Positions 17,713 through 26,629 are shown, counted from the stretch's first letter. The stretch is DNA of 61,733 nt from Thermoanaerobaculia bacterium (GCA_017883265.1 JADGNX010000002.1:1-61733), one strand, 5' to 3'. Program-made: numbers and translations. Notes: a model not told the origin generated them from the letters alone.

Positions 17713-18425
17713 TCCTCTCGCCTGGCTCCGAATAGAATCAGCCGGGGACTCTCCCGGTCGAATGGCGCGCCGTCGAAATCTCCGAAGGCCTCGCGGATCG
17801 TCATGCCGGAAGAGGTGAAGAGCACGGAGATCTCGTCGAGATCGTAACCGCGAACGCGTTCCAGGTACCGCCGGCCATCGATGATCATCCTCTTATTGAA
17901 CGACCGATCGGAGCTGTCGAACCATCTCTCGATGCTCGTTGTGCCCGTCGGTGTCTCTCGCGTCTCCTTCTGAATCATCTTCGAGAGCTCTCGATGCACA
18001 TTGAGATAGTCGAACAGAAAGGGCGCTCCCGGTTTGATCACCCGGGCCATTTCACGAACCACGGTCAGGTTCTCCTCTTCCGTAGCAAAGTAGCCGAAGC
18101 TGGTGAAAAAGTTGACCAGTGCTCCAAAACTGTTACTGCAGAAAGGGAGGTTTCGCATGTCCGCGCGGGCCACGGGGAGCTGTCCGTACTCCCGGACGCC
18201 TGTTCGCAGAAGGAGGAACGATAGATCGCAGCCCACGCCGTGAAATCCTCGGATGGCCAGCTCCTGAAGGTGACGGCCTATCCCGCAGGCGAGGTCGAGC
18301 ACCGGTCCGTCGATTGCTCCGATCTCGCGGTGAAAGAATTCGATCTGCTGCCGGGCCTCCTCGTCGTTGCGGTAGGAGTAGAGCTCGAGGTACTCCTCAC
18401 CAAACCACTCCTGATACCAGGCCAT
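17709..18425 (-). CDS. Class I SAM-dependent methyltransferase (candidate bacillithiol N-methyltransferase)
   Basis: Motif I VLDLACGIGRH and post-I DLS. ATGA overlap with the bshC start. The substrate is inferred from operon context only. Confidence 0.8.
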   Translation of the reverse strand: MAWYQEWFGEEYLELYSYRNDEEARQQIEFFHREIGAIDGPVLDLACGIGRHLQELAIRGFHGVGCDLSFLLLRTGVREYGQLPVARADMRNLPFCSNSFGALVNFFTSFGYFATEEENLTVVREMARVIKPGAPFLFDYLNVHRELSKMIQKETRETPTGTTSIERWFDSSDRSFNKRMIIDGRRYLERVRGYDLDEISVLFTSSGMTIREAFGDFDGAPFDRESPRLILFGARREE

Positions 18426-18591
18426 GGGCTAAGCGGCTCCCTGCCCCTCGATGAGGAAACGAAAACATGGCAATGGGCCGGATCGTTCGTAATTACGAGC
18501 GACTGGTTCGCCGGCTGCTGTCATGGGGACAAACATCGCTTCCGGCCGGGATGGCGTACGTCCCGTTGCGGAGCGATCGTCCAACGGCTTC

Positions 18592-19620
18592 CTATTCACC
18601 GAGCCGCTCGGCGAGGGCGCGCTCGTTGGCGCGAGCCGCCTCGAGCGCGAGCTCCAGGGATCGGACAACGTCCCGGGCCCGTTCCATGAGAAGCCGCAGG
18701 TCGCCATCGCTCTGCCCAGCCGGCCACGTTCTACCGTGGATCGGATCGTCGTTCTCGCTCACCGGCTGCGTCGTATCGAAGGGATCGACCTCGGCGGACG
18801 CTTCCGGTGAGAACGTCACGGTATCGTCGTCGGCGCCAAACGGAGAATCCTGGAATGGTGAGGGAACCGGGGCCGGCCTGCTCTCGCCGGGGTAGTGGGC
18901 AGAGGACGAGCCCGAGGAGGCGCCATCTTCCGGCTTCATCGAGAGCTTCGGCACGCCGGCAGATGCCGAAGTCGCCCCCGATCGAACGCTCATGTCCGGC
19001 GCAACCAGCTCCGGAGCCTCCTGGAGAGTGATATTCGTATTGTTCTTCAGATTGTCGAGGATGCGCGAAATGGCGGCGCGAAGCGTGTTGATGACCCCCT
19101 GTCCCTGGACGGCTACCGCTTCGACCACCGGCGCATTTCCCGGTTTGATGTAAGCGCTCATCTCCTCGACGGTTTCCGCGCTGGGAAGATCGCGCTTGTT
19201 GTACTGAAAAACAAGCGCGACTTTGTCGGGATCGATCCGATTGAGACGAAGATTGGTCTTCAGGTTCTCGAGGCTCTCGAGATTCGAGTGGCGCATGGAA
19301 GCCTGCGAATCGGCAACGAAGACCACACCGTCGGCCCCCCGCAGGACGAGTTTGCGCGTAGCGTCATAGAACACCTGGCCGGGGACCGTATACAGCTGCA
19401 CGCGGACTTTCTGGCCGCCTACTGTGCCGAGCTCCATCGGCAGGAAGTCGAAGAACAGCGTCCGATCGGTCTCCGTGGCCATGGAGATCATCTTTCCCTT
19501 GTTGCCCAACTTCGTATTGCCGTAGATCTTCTCGAGATTTGTCGTCTTCCCACAGAGTCCCGGCCCGTAGAACACGAGCTTGACGGTTACTTCGTTGATG
19601 GCTTTGTTGATCAGCACCAT
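18592..19620 (-). CDS. MglA-family Ras-like GTPase with long C-terminal extension
   Basis: VKLVFYGPGLCGKTTNL, TDRTLFFDFLP, YTVPGQVFYDATRKLVLRGADGVVFVADSQ, QYNKRDL. ATG at 19620 follows GGAG. Residues ~195-342 are Ser/Pro/Asp-rich and end in a helical segment. Confidence 0.85.
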   Translation of the reverse strand: MVLINKAINEVTVKLVFYGPGLCGKTTNLEKIYGNTKLGNKGKMISMATETDRTLFFDFLPMELGTVGGQKVRVQLYTVPGQVFYDATRKLVLRGADGVVFVADSQASMRHSNLESLENLKTNLRLNRIDPDKVALVFQYNKRDLPSAETVEEMSAYIKPGNAPVVEAVAVQGQGVINTLRAAISRILDNLKNNTNITLQEAPELVAPDMSVRSGATSASAGVPKLSMKPEDGASSGSSSAHYPGESRPAPVPSPFQDSPFGADDDTVTFSPEASAEVDPFDTTQPVSENDDPIHGRTWPAGQSDGDLRLLMERARDVVRSLELALEAARANERALAERLGE

Positions 19621-19785
19621 GGGGGGCTCCTGGCCGAGGCCATACACCTCAAACTGCCAGCGCGATCCGACCGTAGCTTAGCACGCCGCGGATTGCCGTC
19701 AGCGACGCTGGACGGGAGCTCGGATCGCTGAAACCATCCACTGCAAACGCGCCAAAAGAAGCCGATTTTTTGATACGCTGACAGA

Positions 19786-20466
19786 ATGAGCTCGCGCAAA
19801 GAACTATTCGACAAAGTGAAGCACGAAGCCATCATCGGAGTGGTCCGCGAAGAGAGCGCTGAGGCCGCCATGGCCGTTGCCCATGCCTACGCGGCGAATG
19901 GAGTCCGCCTTCTCGAGATCACGCTCACCACACCGGATGCGCTCGAGATCATCGGCAAGCTGGTCGAGGAGTACGCCGACAAGGGGATCACCTTCGCTGC
20001 AGGAACGATACGCACGCCCAACGATGCTGCTGCAGCGCGCCGGGCAGGAGCTCAGATCCTGGTCTCACCGCACACCGACGTTCGCCTGATCGAGTATGCG
20101 AACGAGAACGAGCTCTTATCGATCGCCGGCGCGGCAACAGTGACTGAGATCGTCGGCGCGTGGCAGGCTGGATGCGACATCGTAAAGGTCTATCCGGCGC
20201 AAATGCTGGGAGGACCCGACTACTTCCGAACCATCCGGCAGCCGATCCGCGATGTTCCGATGCTTGCCGGTGGACCGGTCGCACTCGATGCCATTGAGCC
20301 CTACCTCGAGGCCGGAGCGATCGCCGTCAACCTGGGCGGCTCCCTTGCGGTCCCGGAGCTCGTCAGGACTCGGCAATGGGAGGAGATCGGACGACGCGTG
20401 CTGCTGGCCACTTCCATCATCGAATCGCGTCGCTCTCTGCTCGCGGAGACCGCCTACGTGCACTGA
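19786..20466 (+). CDS. eda: KHG/KDPG aldolase
   Basis: IIGVVREESAEAAMAVAHAYAANGVRLLEITLTTPDA, GAGTIRT, VKVYPA. Confidence 0.85.
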   Translation: MSSRKELFDKVKHEAIIGVVREESAEAAMAVAHAYAANGVRLLEITLTTPDALEIIGKLVEEYADKGITFAAGTIRTPNDAAAARRAGAQILVSPHTDVRLIEYANENELLSIAGAATVTEIVGAWQAGCDIVKVYPAQMLGGPDYFRTIRQPIRDVPMLAGGPVALDAIEPYLEAGAIAVNLGGSLAVPELVRTRQWEEIGRRVLLATSIIESRRSLLAETAYVH

Positions 20467-20469
20467 TCG

Positions 20470-20943
20470 ATGAGCGCCTTCCTCATCCTGGCAGTCCTCA
20501 ATGCCTTCTCCGCGCCGACGAAGACATCGTGGATGTCCCCGGAGGCTTTTCATCTCGCGGTCGGAATGCAGCGCAGCAAGGCCGTCGCGGTCCTCGAAGG
20601 CGGCGGCTGGAAGCCACGCGCCGGCAAGGCACCCAATCATCTGATCGTCGAATATGGCGAGCAACGCTCGATCACCCTCGAGTTCGAGCGCGACCATCTC
20701 CGCTCGATCCGGTTCGAGCTGTTTGACTTCATACCTGCCGTCAGGAGCGCCTTTGCTGAAGAGAAAGCGGAACTAAGAGGCCGCTATGGGCCGGCCCGCT
20801 CCAAGGCCGTCAGCATCCTGCTCTACGAGAGGCGCCGTCCGAACATCATGGTCGTGATGTCGACCGACGTCCGGACTACGGCAGGACAACAAGGTCTCGG
20901 GTTTCTGACGGTGCGCTACTTCGAGCCGCCGGCAGTCGAGTAG
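20470..20943 (+). CDS. Hypothetical protein with N-terminal signal-like segment
   Basis: Starts 3 nt after eda. MSAFLILAVLNAFSAP. No family recognised. Confidence 0.5.
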   Translation: MSAFLILAVLNAFSAPTKTSWMSPEAFHLAVGMQRSKAVAVLEGGGWKPRAGKAPNHLIVEYGEQRSITLEFERDHLRSIRFELFDFIPAVRSAFAEEKAELRGRYGPARSKAVSILLYERRRPNIMVVMSTDVRTTAGQQGLGFLTVRYFEPPAVE

Positions 20944-22850
20944 CCGCCGTCAGCGTTGGCCGCAGTGACGTATTTCTGCGCCAGACCCTGGTAGACGAAC
21001 ACCCCCTCCCCGACGGTGCCGACGTAGTAGCGATCGCGATCGAAGGGGTCGGGAGCGATCGTGGCGATGTCGCTGTTGGCGCCAGGCAGTGAGAACGTAC
21101 GCCACTCTCCGATACGCGAATCGGAGACGAGAATCTCACGCTGCTGACGCGAGGTCAGGAACAGCAGCGAGCGATCGGCGAGGTTCGCTGTAAATACCGC
21201 AGCATGAGCGGCATCGGGAGCGGGACTCTCGACCCATCGTCCGTCCTCGGCCACCTTGCCACCCTTCACCCCGCCAACGCCGGCGATCAGGATCTCCTCA
21301 TCGTCACCCTCGGTTCGAATGGCCAGCGTCTTCCCCTTGGTCGGGGAGCCGGCGATGGCCACCCACTTGTCACCATCAAAGGCGGTGATTCCATTCCACG
21401 TCAGGGCATAAAGCGCCCGCGCTCCGTGCAGACGGCCGAGCGCGATATCGACGGCACGCGTCGTCGCTTCGCCGAGGCGATACCAGTTGCGGCCTCCGTC
21501 GCGCGTGGTCATGACGCCTTCCGATGTCGCGGCAAAGAGTCGCGCGGCGTTGAGCGAGACGACCTTCTCGACGCGGATCGGAATCGTCGACGGCGCACCC
21601 TGCGTCCATTCGACCCCGTCGCGGCTCCAGAAGAATCCGCCCTCGGTTCCAGCGATCAGATGCGCTTCGCGATCGCTAGAGACGACGAGACTGAGAACTT
21701 CGGGCAACTTCGTGGTGTTGATGCGAGTCCAGCCCTTCCCAGCGTCATCGGAGCGGTAGATCCCGGACGCGGCTCCGCCGAACACGACTGCCGAATAGAT
21801 CCGCCCTTTCACGGATGGATCGGGCACGATCGTCGTGACCCTCAGATTTCGCAAGCCTTCGCTGGAGCGCGTGAACGATTGGCCACCGTCCTGCGAAACA
21901 TAGACCCCGTCACCTTCCGTCCCGAGGATGACCCGGTTCGGACGATCGGGATGAAGCCCGATCCGGCGCACCACCAATCCTTCGTCGGATGTCAACTTCC
22001 AGTTCTTCCCGCTGTCGACAGAACGATAGAGTCCGGCGACGGAGCCTGCGTAGAGCGCACTCTTGTTCACTGGATCGATCTGGATATCGTGAATCCGTCG
22101 GTTGTTGAATCCGTCGCGGTAGCGCGTCCAGGAGTCTCCGCCATCGCCGGTGTTGTAGACCCAGCCGCATGTCGAAACCCACATGTCGTCCGGGTTCGCA
22201 GGGTCGACAGTCATCGAGAAAACATCGGTGTCCAGGACCATGCCATTGTTGATGAGCGACCAGTTCTTGCCGCCGTCATCGGTTCGCCAGGCCTGGCGCC
22301 ACGTACCGACATAGATCCGCTGATTGGATCGGGGATCGATGGAGAGCGATTCGACGTTCACCTGATCCGAGATCTTCTGCCATTTCCTCCCGCCATCGCT
22401 GCTCTGATAGACACCGGTCAGACCGCCGGCCACGACGAAGTCCGGGTTGCGGGGGTCTATAGCCAGCGCCCGGACCGAAAAGTCTTCCAGGCCGGCATCG
22501 CGCCGCGACCAGCTCTTTCCGCCATCGGCTGATACAGCCACGACGCCACCACCCCACAATCCCCAGCAGGCGGCCCAAAGACGGTTATGGGAATCAATGA
22601 CAAGGTTATCGACCACATAGCCGGGAAACGGGATCGACGCACGGATCGGCCCCCATGTCGCCGCTCCGTCACGGGAGACGTAGATCTCTCCCTGGCTGGT
22701 GCCGAGATAGACTGTATCCGGCTTGTGAGGATCGATGACCAGCGCGCGGACATCGGCACCGAACAGGGCTCCCCTCGTCCACTCGGCATGGGCCGAAACG
22801 GCCAGGGTCATTGTCAGTGTGATTAGAATGAAGAGTTTACGCATGCCCAC
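20916..22850 (-). CDS. Secreted BNR/Asp-box repeat protein (Ycf48/sortilin-like beta-propeller)
   Basis: Signal peptide plus at least 8 Asp-box motifs (DGGKSW, DGGRKW, DGGKNW, DGGDSW, DSGKNW, DGGQSF, DAGKGW, DGGRNW). Confidence 0.8.
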   Translation of the reverse strand: MGMRKLFILITLTMTLAVSAHAEWTRGALFGADVRALVIDPHKPDTVYLGTSQGEIYVSRDGAATWGPIRASIPFPGYVVDNLVIDSHNRLWAACWGLWGGGVVAVSADGGKSWSRRDAGLEDFSVRALAIDPRNPDFVVAGGLTGVYQSSDGGRKWQKISDQVNVESLSIDPRSNQRIYVGTWRQAWRTDDGGKNWSLINNGMVLDTDVFSMTVDPANPDDMWVSTCGWVYNTGDGGDSWTRYRDGFNNRRIHDIQIDPVNKSALYAGSVAGLYRSVDSGKNWKLTSDEGLVVRRIGLHPDRPNRVILGTEGDGVYVSQDGGQSFTRSSEGLRNLRVTTIVPDPSVKGRIYSAVVFGGAASGIYRSDDAGKGWTRINTTKLPEVLSLVVSSDREAHLIAGTEGGFFWSRDGVEWTQGAPSTIPIRVEKVVSLNAARLFAATSEGVMTTRDGGRNWYRLGEATTRAVDIALGRLHGARALYALTWNGITAFDGDKWVAIAGSPTKGKTLAIRTEGDDEEILIAGVGGVKGGKVAEDGRWVESPAPDAAHAAVFTANLADRSLLFLTSRQQREILVSDSRIGEWRTFSLPGANSDIATIAPDPFDRDRYYVGTVGEGVFVYQGLAQKYVTAANADGGYSTAGGSK

Positions 22851-22985
22851 CCTATCCCGGGTATTCTCCTATGGTTCAGGCGATTATCATACGTCGCCAA
22901 AGCAATAACTCTGCCGTCGCAACGGATCGTTTGCCGCGGCCGATTCAAGGGCCGGAAGCTCCAGACGACAGCTCCTCAGGACGCG

Positions 22986-23849
22986 ATGACCAATCTCAGA
23001 ACGTGTGTATTCCCCTGCGCCGGCTTCGGCACCCGCTTCTTCCCGGCCACGAAGGTCATCCCGAAGGAGATGCTTCCTCTGGTCGACAAGCCGATCATCC
23101 AATACGGGATCGAGGAGGCTCTGGCGTCCGGCTTCGACAAGATCGTCGTCATCTCCTCCAAGGGGAAGGACGCGATTCTCGATCACTTCGATCGAACCTC
23201 CGAGCTCGAGCGCTCCCTCAAGGAAAGGAGCAAGCAGGATCTGCTCGACGCCGTGGATGCTGTGAGCCGCATGGTCGATATCATCGCAGTGCGTCAGAAG
23301 GAGGCGCTCGGTCTGGGACATGCCGTCCTCAGTGCCGCCGACGCCGTCGGGCGCGAGCCGTTCGCAGTCGTTCTGCCAGACGACGTCATCCTGGCAGAAG
23401 AGCCTTGTCTGCTTCAGATGAGACGCGTCTTCGAGGAGACCGGCCGGCCGGTCGTGGCCCTCATGGAGGTTTCCCCCGAGGAGACGTCGCGCTATGGGAT
23501 CGTGGGCGGAGAGATGGCCGGAGGGCGTCGCTTCCGCATTCGAGACATGGTCGAGAAGCCGAAGCAGAACGCTCCGAGCAAGCTGGCTATCATCGGTCGT
23601 TACATCCTGCCGCCGGACATCTTTCCCCTCATCCAGAAAACGGAGAAGGGTGCGGGAGGCGAGATTCAACTGACTGACGCGTTGCGCGCCCTGGTGGACG
23701 AAGGCGATTTCTACGGGTACATATTCGAGGGAAAGCGTTACGACGCCGGCGAAAAGCTCGGCTACCTGAAGGCGACCGTCGACTATGCCCTCAGGCACCC
23801 CGACCTGGGCCCCGATTTTCGCCGCTATCTCGATTCGATCCATGGCTGA
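22986..23849 (+). CDS. galU: UTP--glucose-1-phosphate uridylyltransferase
   Basis: CVFPCAGFGTRFFPATKVIPKEMLPLVDKPIIQYGIEEA, VEKP, GRYIL. Confidence 0.9.
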   Translation: MTNLRTCVFPCAGFGTRFFPATKVIPKEMLPLVDKPIIQYGIEEALASGFDKIVVISSKGKDAILDHFDRTSELERSLKERSKQDLLDAVDAVSRMVDIIAVRQKEALGLGHAVLSAADAVGREPFAVVLPDDVILAEEPCLLQMRRVFEETGRPVVALMEVSPEETSRYGIVGGEMAGGRRFRIRDMVEKPKQNAPSKLAIIGRYILPPDIFPLIQKTEKGAGGEIQLTDALRALVDEGDFYGYIFEGKRYDAGEKLGYLKATVDYALRHPDLGPDFRRYLDSIHG

Positions 23850-24105
23850 CCGGTTCCTGGAGTTGCTCGATCTCGGGCCGGAAGCGCGCGATCTGCTGCG
23901 CGACACCGACGTCAGGGGCTCTCGTACCTTCTTCGTGCGATCGGCGCGCCCCGTGGCCGTCCTCATCTCTTACGACGAATACCTGGCCCTCGGCGAGACG
24001 ATCGCGGCGGTCAACGACACGGCCACCCTGGAGCGCATTGGTCGCTCGAGCGAAGCGATGCGGGTCGGCGCGCTTCTTCTCCCGGAGGACCTCCTTGTGG
24101 AATGA
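23842..24105 (+). CDS. Phd/YefM-family type II antitoxin
   Basis: SRTFFVRSARPVAVLISYDEYLALGETIAAVND. The ATG overlaps the galU stop by 8 nt. Confidence 0.65.
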   Translation: MADRFLELLDLGPEARDLLRDTDVRGSRTFFVRSARPVAVLISYDEYLALGETIAAVNDTATLERIGRSSEAMRVGALLLPEDLLVE

Positions 24106-24361
24106 TCGCCTGCGTCTTCTGGAAGAGGTGGAGGGCGATTGGCGATCGCTCCCGGCCGAGCTCCGGGGCCCGGCGAAAATCGCTCTGGAAAAAATTGATG
24201 ACGACCCGATTGTCGGCGCTCCACTCTTCGATCCATTCCGCGGCTGGTGGAGCTATCGCTCGGGACGTCTGCGGGTGATCTACACCATCGCCCACGAGGC
24301 TCGATTCGTCGTAGTCGCACGCATCACCGACGCTGGAGAGGAGAAGGCGGCCATGACATGA
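24095..24361 (+). CDS. RelE/ParE-family type II toxin
   Basis: ~88 aa from the TTG at 24095, with an 11-nt overlap with the antitoxin. C-terminal GRLRVIYTIAHEARFVVVARI pattern. An alternative TTG at 24038 exists. Confidence 0.6.
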   Translation: MWNDRLRLLEEVEGDWRSLPAELRGPAKIALEKIDDDPIVGAPLFDPFRGWWSYRSGRLRVIYTIAHEARFVVVARITDAGEEKAAMT

Positions 24362-24407
24362 GTGAGCACCGTTGTCACAAGAATCTCCGCCGTGCCGAGG
24401 GGGTGCT

Positions 24408-25076
24408 ATGAAACCCGGGCAGCCGAAACTGATTCTCGCCTCGAGCTCTCCCCGCCGTCTCGAATTGCTGCGGGGCTTCGGCTTCGATCTGGAAGTCATT
24501 CCAAGCCATGTTCCAGAGGTGCCGCGGCCGGGTGAGCGCCCGGAAGATTATGTGGTGCGCCTGGCCCTCGAGAAAGGATCCGAAGTGGGCCAACGACGCG
24601 CAGGAGCCTGGATCATCTCAGCCGACACGGTCGTGGTCCTCGGCGATCGGCTGCTCGAGAAGCCCGTGGATGAAGCCGACGCCCGCTCCATGCTGGGCCT
24701 CATCGCCGGGAAGACGCACATTGTCTATACCGGCGTGGCATTGCAGCAGTTCCGCGAGGACGGCGAAATCGTCTCCCGCCGCCAGGAGCTGGCTCGTTCG
24801 TCAGTGACCATGATGCCGCTCGGCGACGATGACATCCGCCGATACGTCGCCAGTGGAGAACCGATGGACAAGGCAGGCGGGTACGCGGTGCAGGGGATCG
24901 GGGCCATGCTCATCGATTCGATCGAAGGAAGTTACTCGAACGTGGTTGGATTGCCCCTTGCTACGCTTTTTCGAATGCTGCGCGAGGTCGGCATCGACCC
25001 GCTCGGCGCAATTGGTACCGCCAGGATCATTCCCCCGATGGGATTTCGTCCGGGCAAAGCCAAAGAGGCGCGTTAG
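24408..25076 (+). CDS. maf: Maf-like nucleoside triphosphate pyrophosphatase
   Basis: KLILASSSPRRLELL, DKAGGYAVQGIGAMLIDSIEGSYSNVVGLP. GAGGGGG SD motif before the ATG at 24408. Confidence 0.85.
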   Translation: MKPGQPKLILASSSPRRLELLRGFGFDLEVIPSHVPEVPRPGERPEDYVVRLALEKGSEVGQRRAGAWIISADTVVVLGDRLLEKPVDEADARSMLGLIAGKTHIVYTGVALQQFREDGEIVSRRQELARSSVTMMPLGDDDIRRYVASGEPMDKAGGYAVQGIGAMLIDSIEGSYSNVVGLPLATLFRMLREVGIDPLGAIGTARIIPPMGFRPGKAKEAR

Positions 25077-25085
25077 GAGTCGCTG

Positions 25086-26615
25086 ATGTCTTCCGCTGCA
25101 AAACTGGGCATCTTCATGGTCGTGGTTCTGGCCATCCTCGGCTTTTTCGTTCTGAAGATCGAGGATCTCAAACTCAACGAAGCCAAGACCACGAAGACCA
25201 TCAAGGCCATCTTTGACAACGTGGCCAGTCTCGACAACAAGTCGACCGTCCGAGTGGCGGGCGTACGCGTCGGACGCGTTGACAAGATCGCGCTTCGTCC
25301 CGACGGACGCGCCGAGGTCACCCTGCAGATCGATAAGGACGTTCAACTCCACAGCAACGCCAGCGCGCATGTGGCGAACCTCGGACTGCTCGGAGAAAAG
25401 TACATCGAGCTCGACCCCGGCACGATGACGCTCCCTGTGATACCGCCCGAGCAGGAGCATATCGTCCTGCGCGGCACCCAGCCGGCCTCGATGGATGACG
25501 TCACGAACCAGGTCTCGGCGATTGCTACTGACGTGAAAGCCATCACCGCCTCCCTCCGGGCCAGCCTGGCCGGCCAGACAGGCCAGCAACGGCTCGAGGA
25601 GATCGTCGACAACGTGCGCGTGATCACAGCTCAGGTTCGAGCGTTGATCGAAGCTAATCGCTCCAACGTCGATGCCACGGCAGGAAACCTTCGCGCCATC
25701 ACCGCAGACCTTCGCATGGAGATCCCGAAGATCGCAGCCTCGATCGACCGCGTGGCCGGCACCGTCAACGGTACTGTGGGCGAGAACCGGGAAGACGTTC
25801 GCGCCATTACAGAGAACCTGCGAAAGCTCTCTTCGGATCTGAAGACGACCACAGCAAATCTGAACTCGATCACCGGACAGGTGAAGTCGGGCGAGGGGAC
25901 CGTCGGCAAGCTGCTCTACAGCGACGAGGCGCATGACAAACTCACCAGCGCTCTGACGTCGGTCGAAAGCGGCGTCAACGAGCTCAAGAACACCCTCGGC
26001 CGGGCCAACCGCATCGGCTTGGATGTCGGCATTAAGGGCGACTACTACGCCGGCCTCAGCCCGACCCCGGACGTCCCCAACAGCTTCAGCGGAAACTCGC
26101 GCTCGGCCGTGACTCTCCGCCTCGTTCCGAATCCCGACCACAATCGCTTTTATAACATCGAGCTGGCGGACGATCCGCGCGGGCACAGGCAGGAAAAAAT
26201 CTTCACCGAGACGGTAACCGGTCCAAGCGGCGTACCGATCACGACGACGACGCAGGACGTGAAATTCGACCGCAATTTCCTGGTGTCTGCTCAGGCCGGG
26301 TGGACTCTCGACAAGATGGCGCTCCGGATCGGTCTTTTCGACTCGACGGGAGGCGTCGGCGGCGATTACCGTTTGAACGACCGCATCTCTCTGACCGGCG
26401 AAGCCTTCGACTTCGGAAAGAGGCGCGACGCCAATCCGCATCTTCGGATCTACGGCCAGTACACACTGCGCAAGGAGAAGCCGACCTTCCCGCTCATCTT
26501 CCTGTCGACCGGCGTCGACAACGCTCTCAACGACACCGCGTTCACCTTCGGGGCGGGCATCAGGTGGCATGACGACGATCTGAAATATCTTCTTGGCAGC
26601 GTCCCGCTAAAGTAA
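25086..26615 (+). CDS. MCE/MlaD-domain protein with helical repeat region and beta-rich C-terminal domain
   Basis: N-terminal TM helix. MCE core FDNVASLDNKSTVRVAGVRVGRVDKIAL. ~200 aa of NL..IT..L-type helical repeats. ~190 aa with an alternating-polarity strand pattern. Confidence 0.8.
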   Translation: MSSAAKLGIFMVVVLAILGFFVLKIEDLKLNEAKTTKTIKAIFDNVASLDNKSTVRVAGVRVGRVDKIALRPDGRAEVTLQIDKDVQLHSNASAHVANLGLLGEKYIELDPGTMTLPVIPPEQEHIVLRGTQPASMDDVTNQVSAIATDVKAITASLRASLAGQTGQQRLEEIVDNVRVITAQVRALIEANRSNVDATAGNLRAITADLRMEIPKIAASIDRVAGTVNGTVGENREDVRAITENLRKLSSDLKTTTANLNSITGQVKSGEGTVGKLLYSDEAHDKLTSALTSVESGVNELKNTLGRANRIGLDVGIKGDYYAGLSPTPDVPNSFSGNSRSAVTLRLVPNPDHNRFYNIELADDPRGHRQEKIFTETVTGPSGVPITTTTQDVKFDRNFLVSAQAGWTLDKMALRIGLFDSTGGVGGDYRLNDRISLTGEAFDFGKRRDANPHLRIYGQYTLRKEKPTFPLIFLSTGVDNALNDTAFTFGAGIRWHDDDLKYLLGSVPLK

Positions 26616-26629
26616 CAGACCGAGTCACC

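Noticed and set aside
24801-26570. 589-aa ORF antisense to maf and the MCE gene
   Set aside because: The plus-strand genes have clear family motifs and operon spacing. The antisense ORF crosses a gene boundary and has no motifs.
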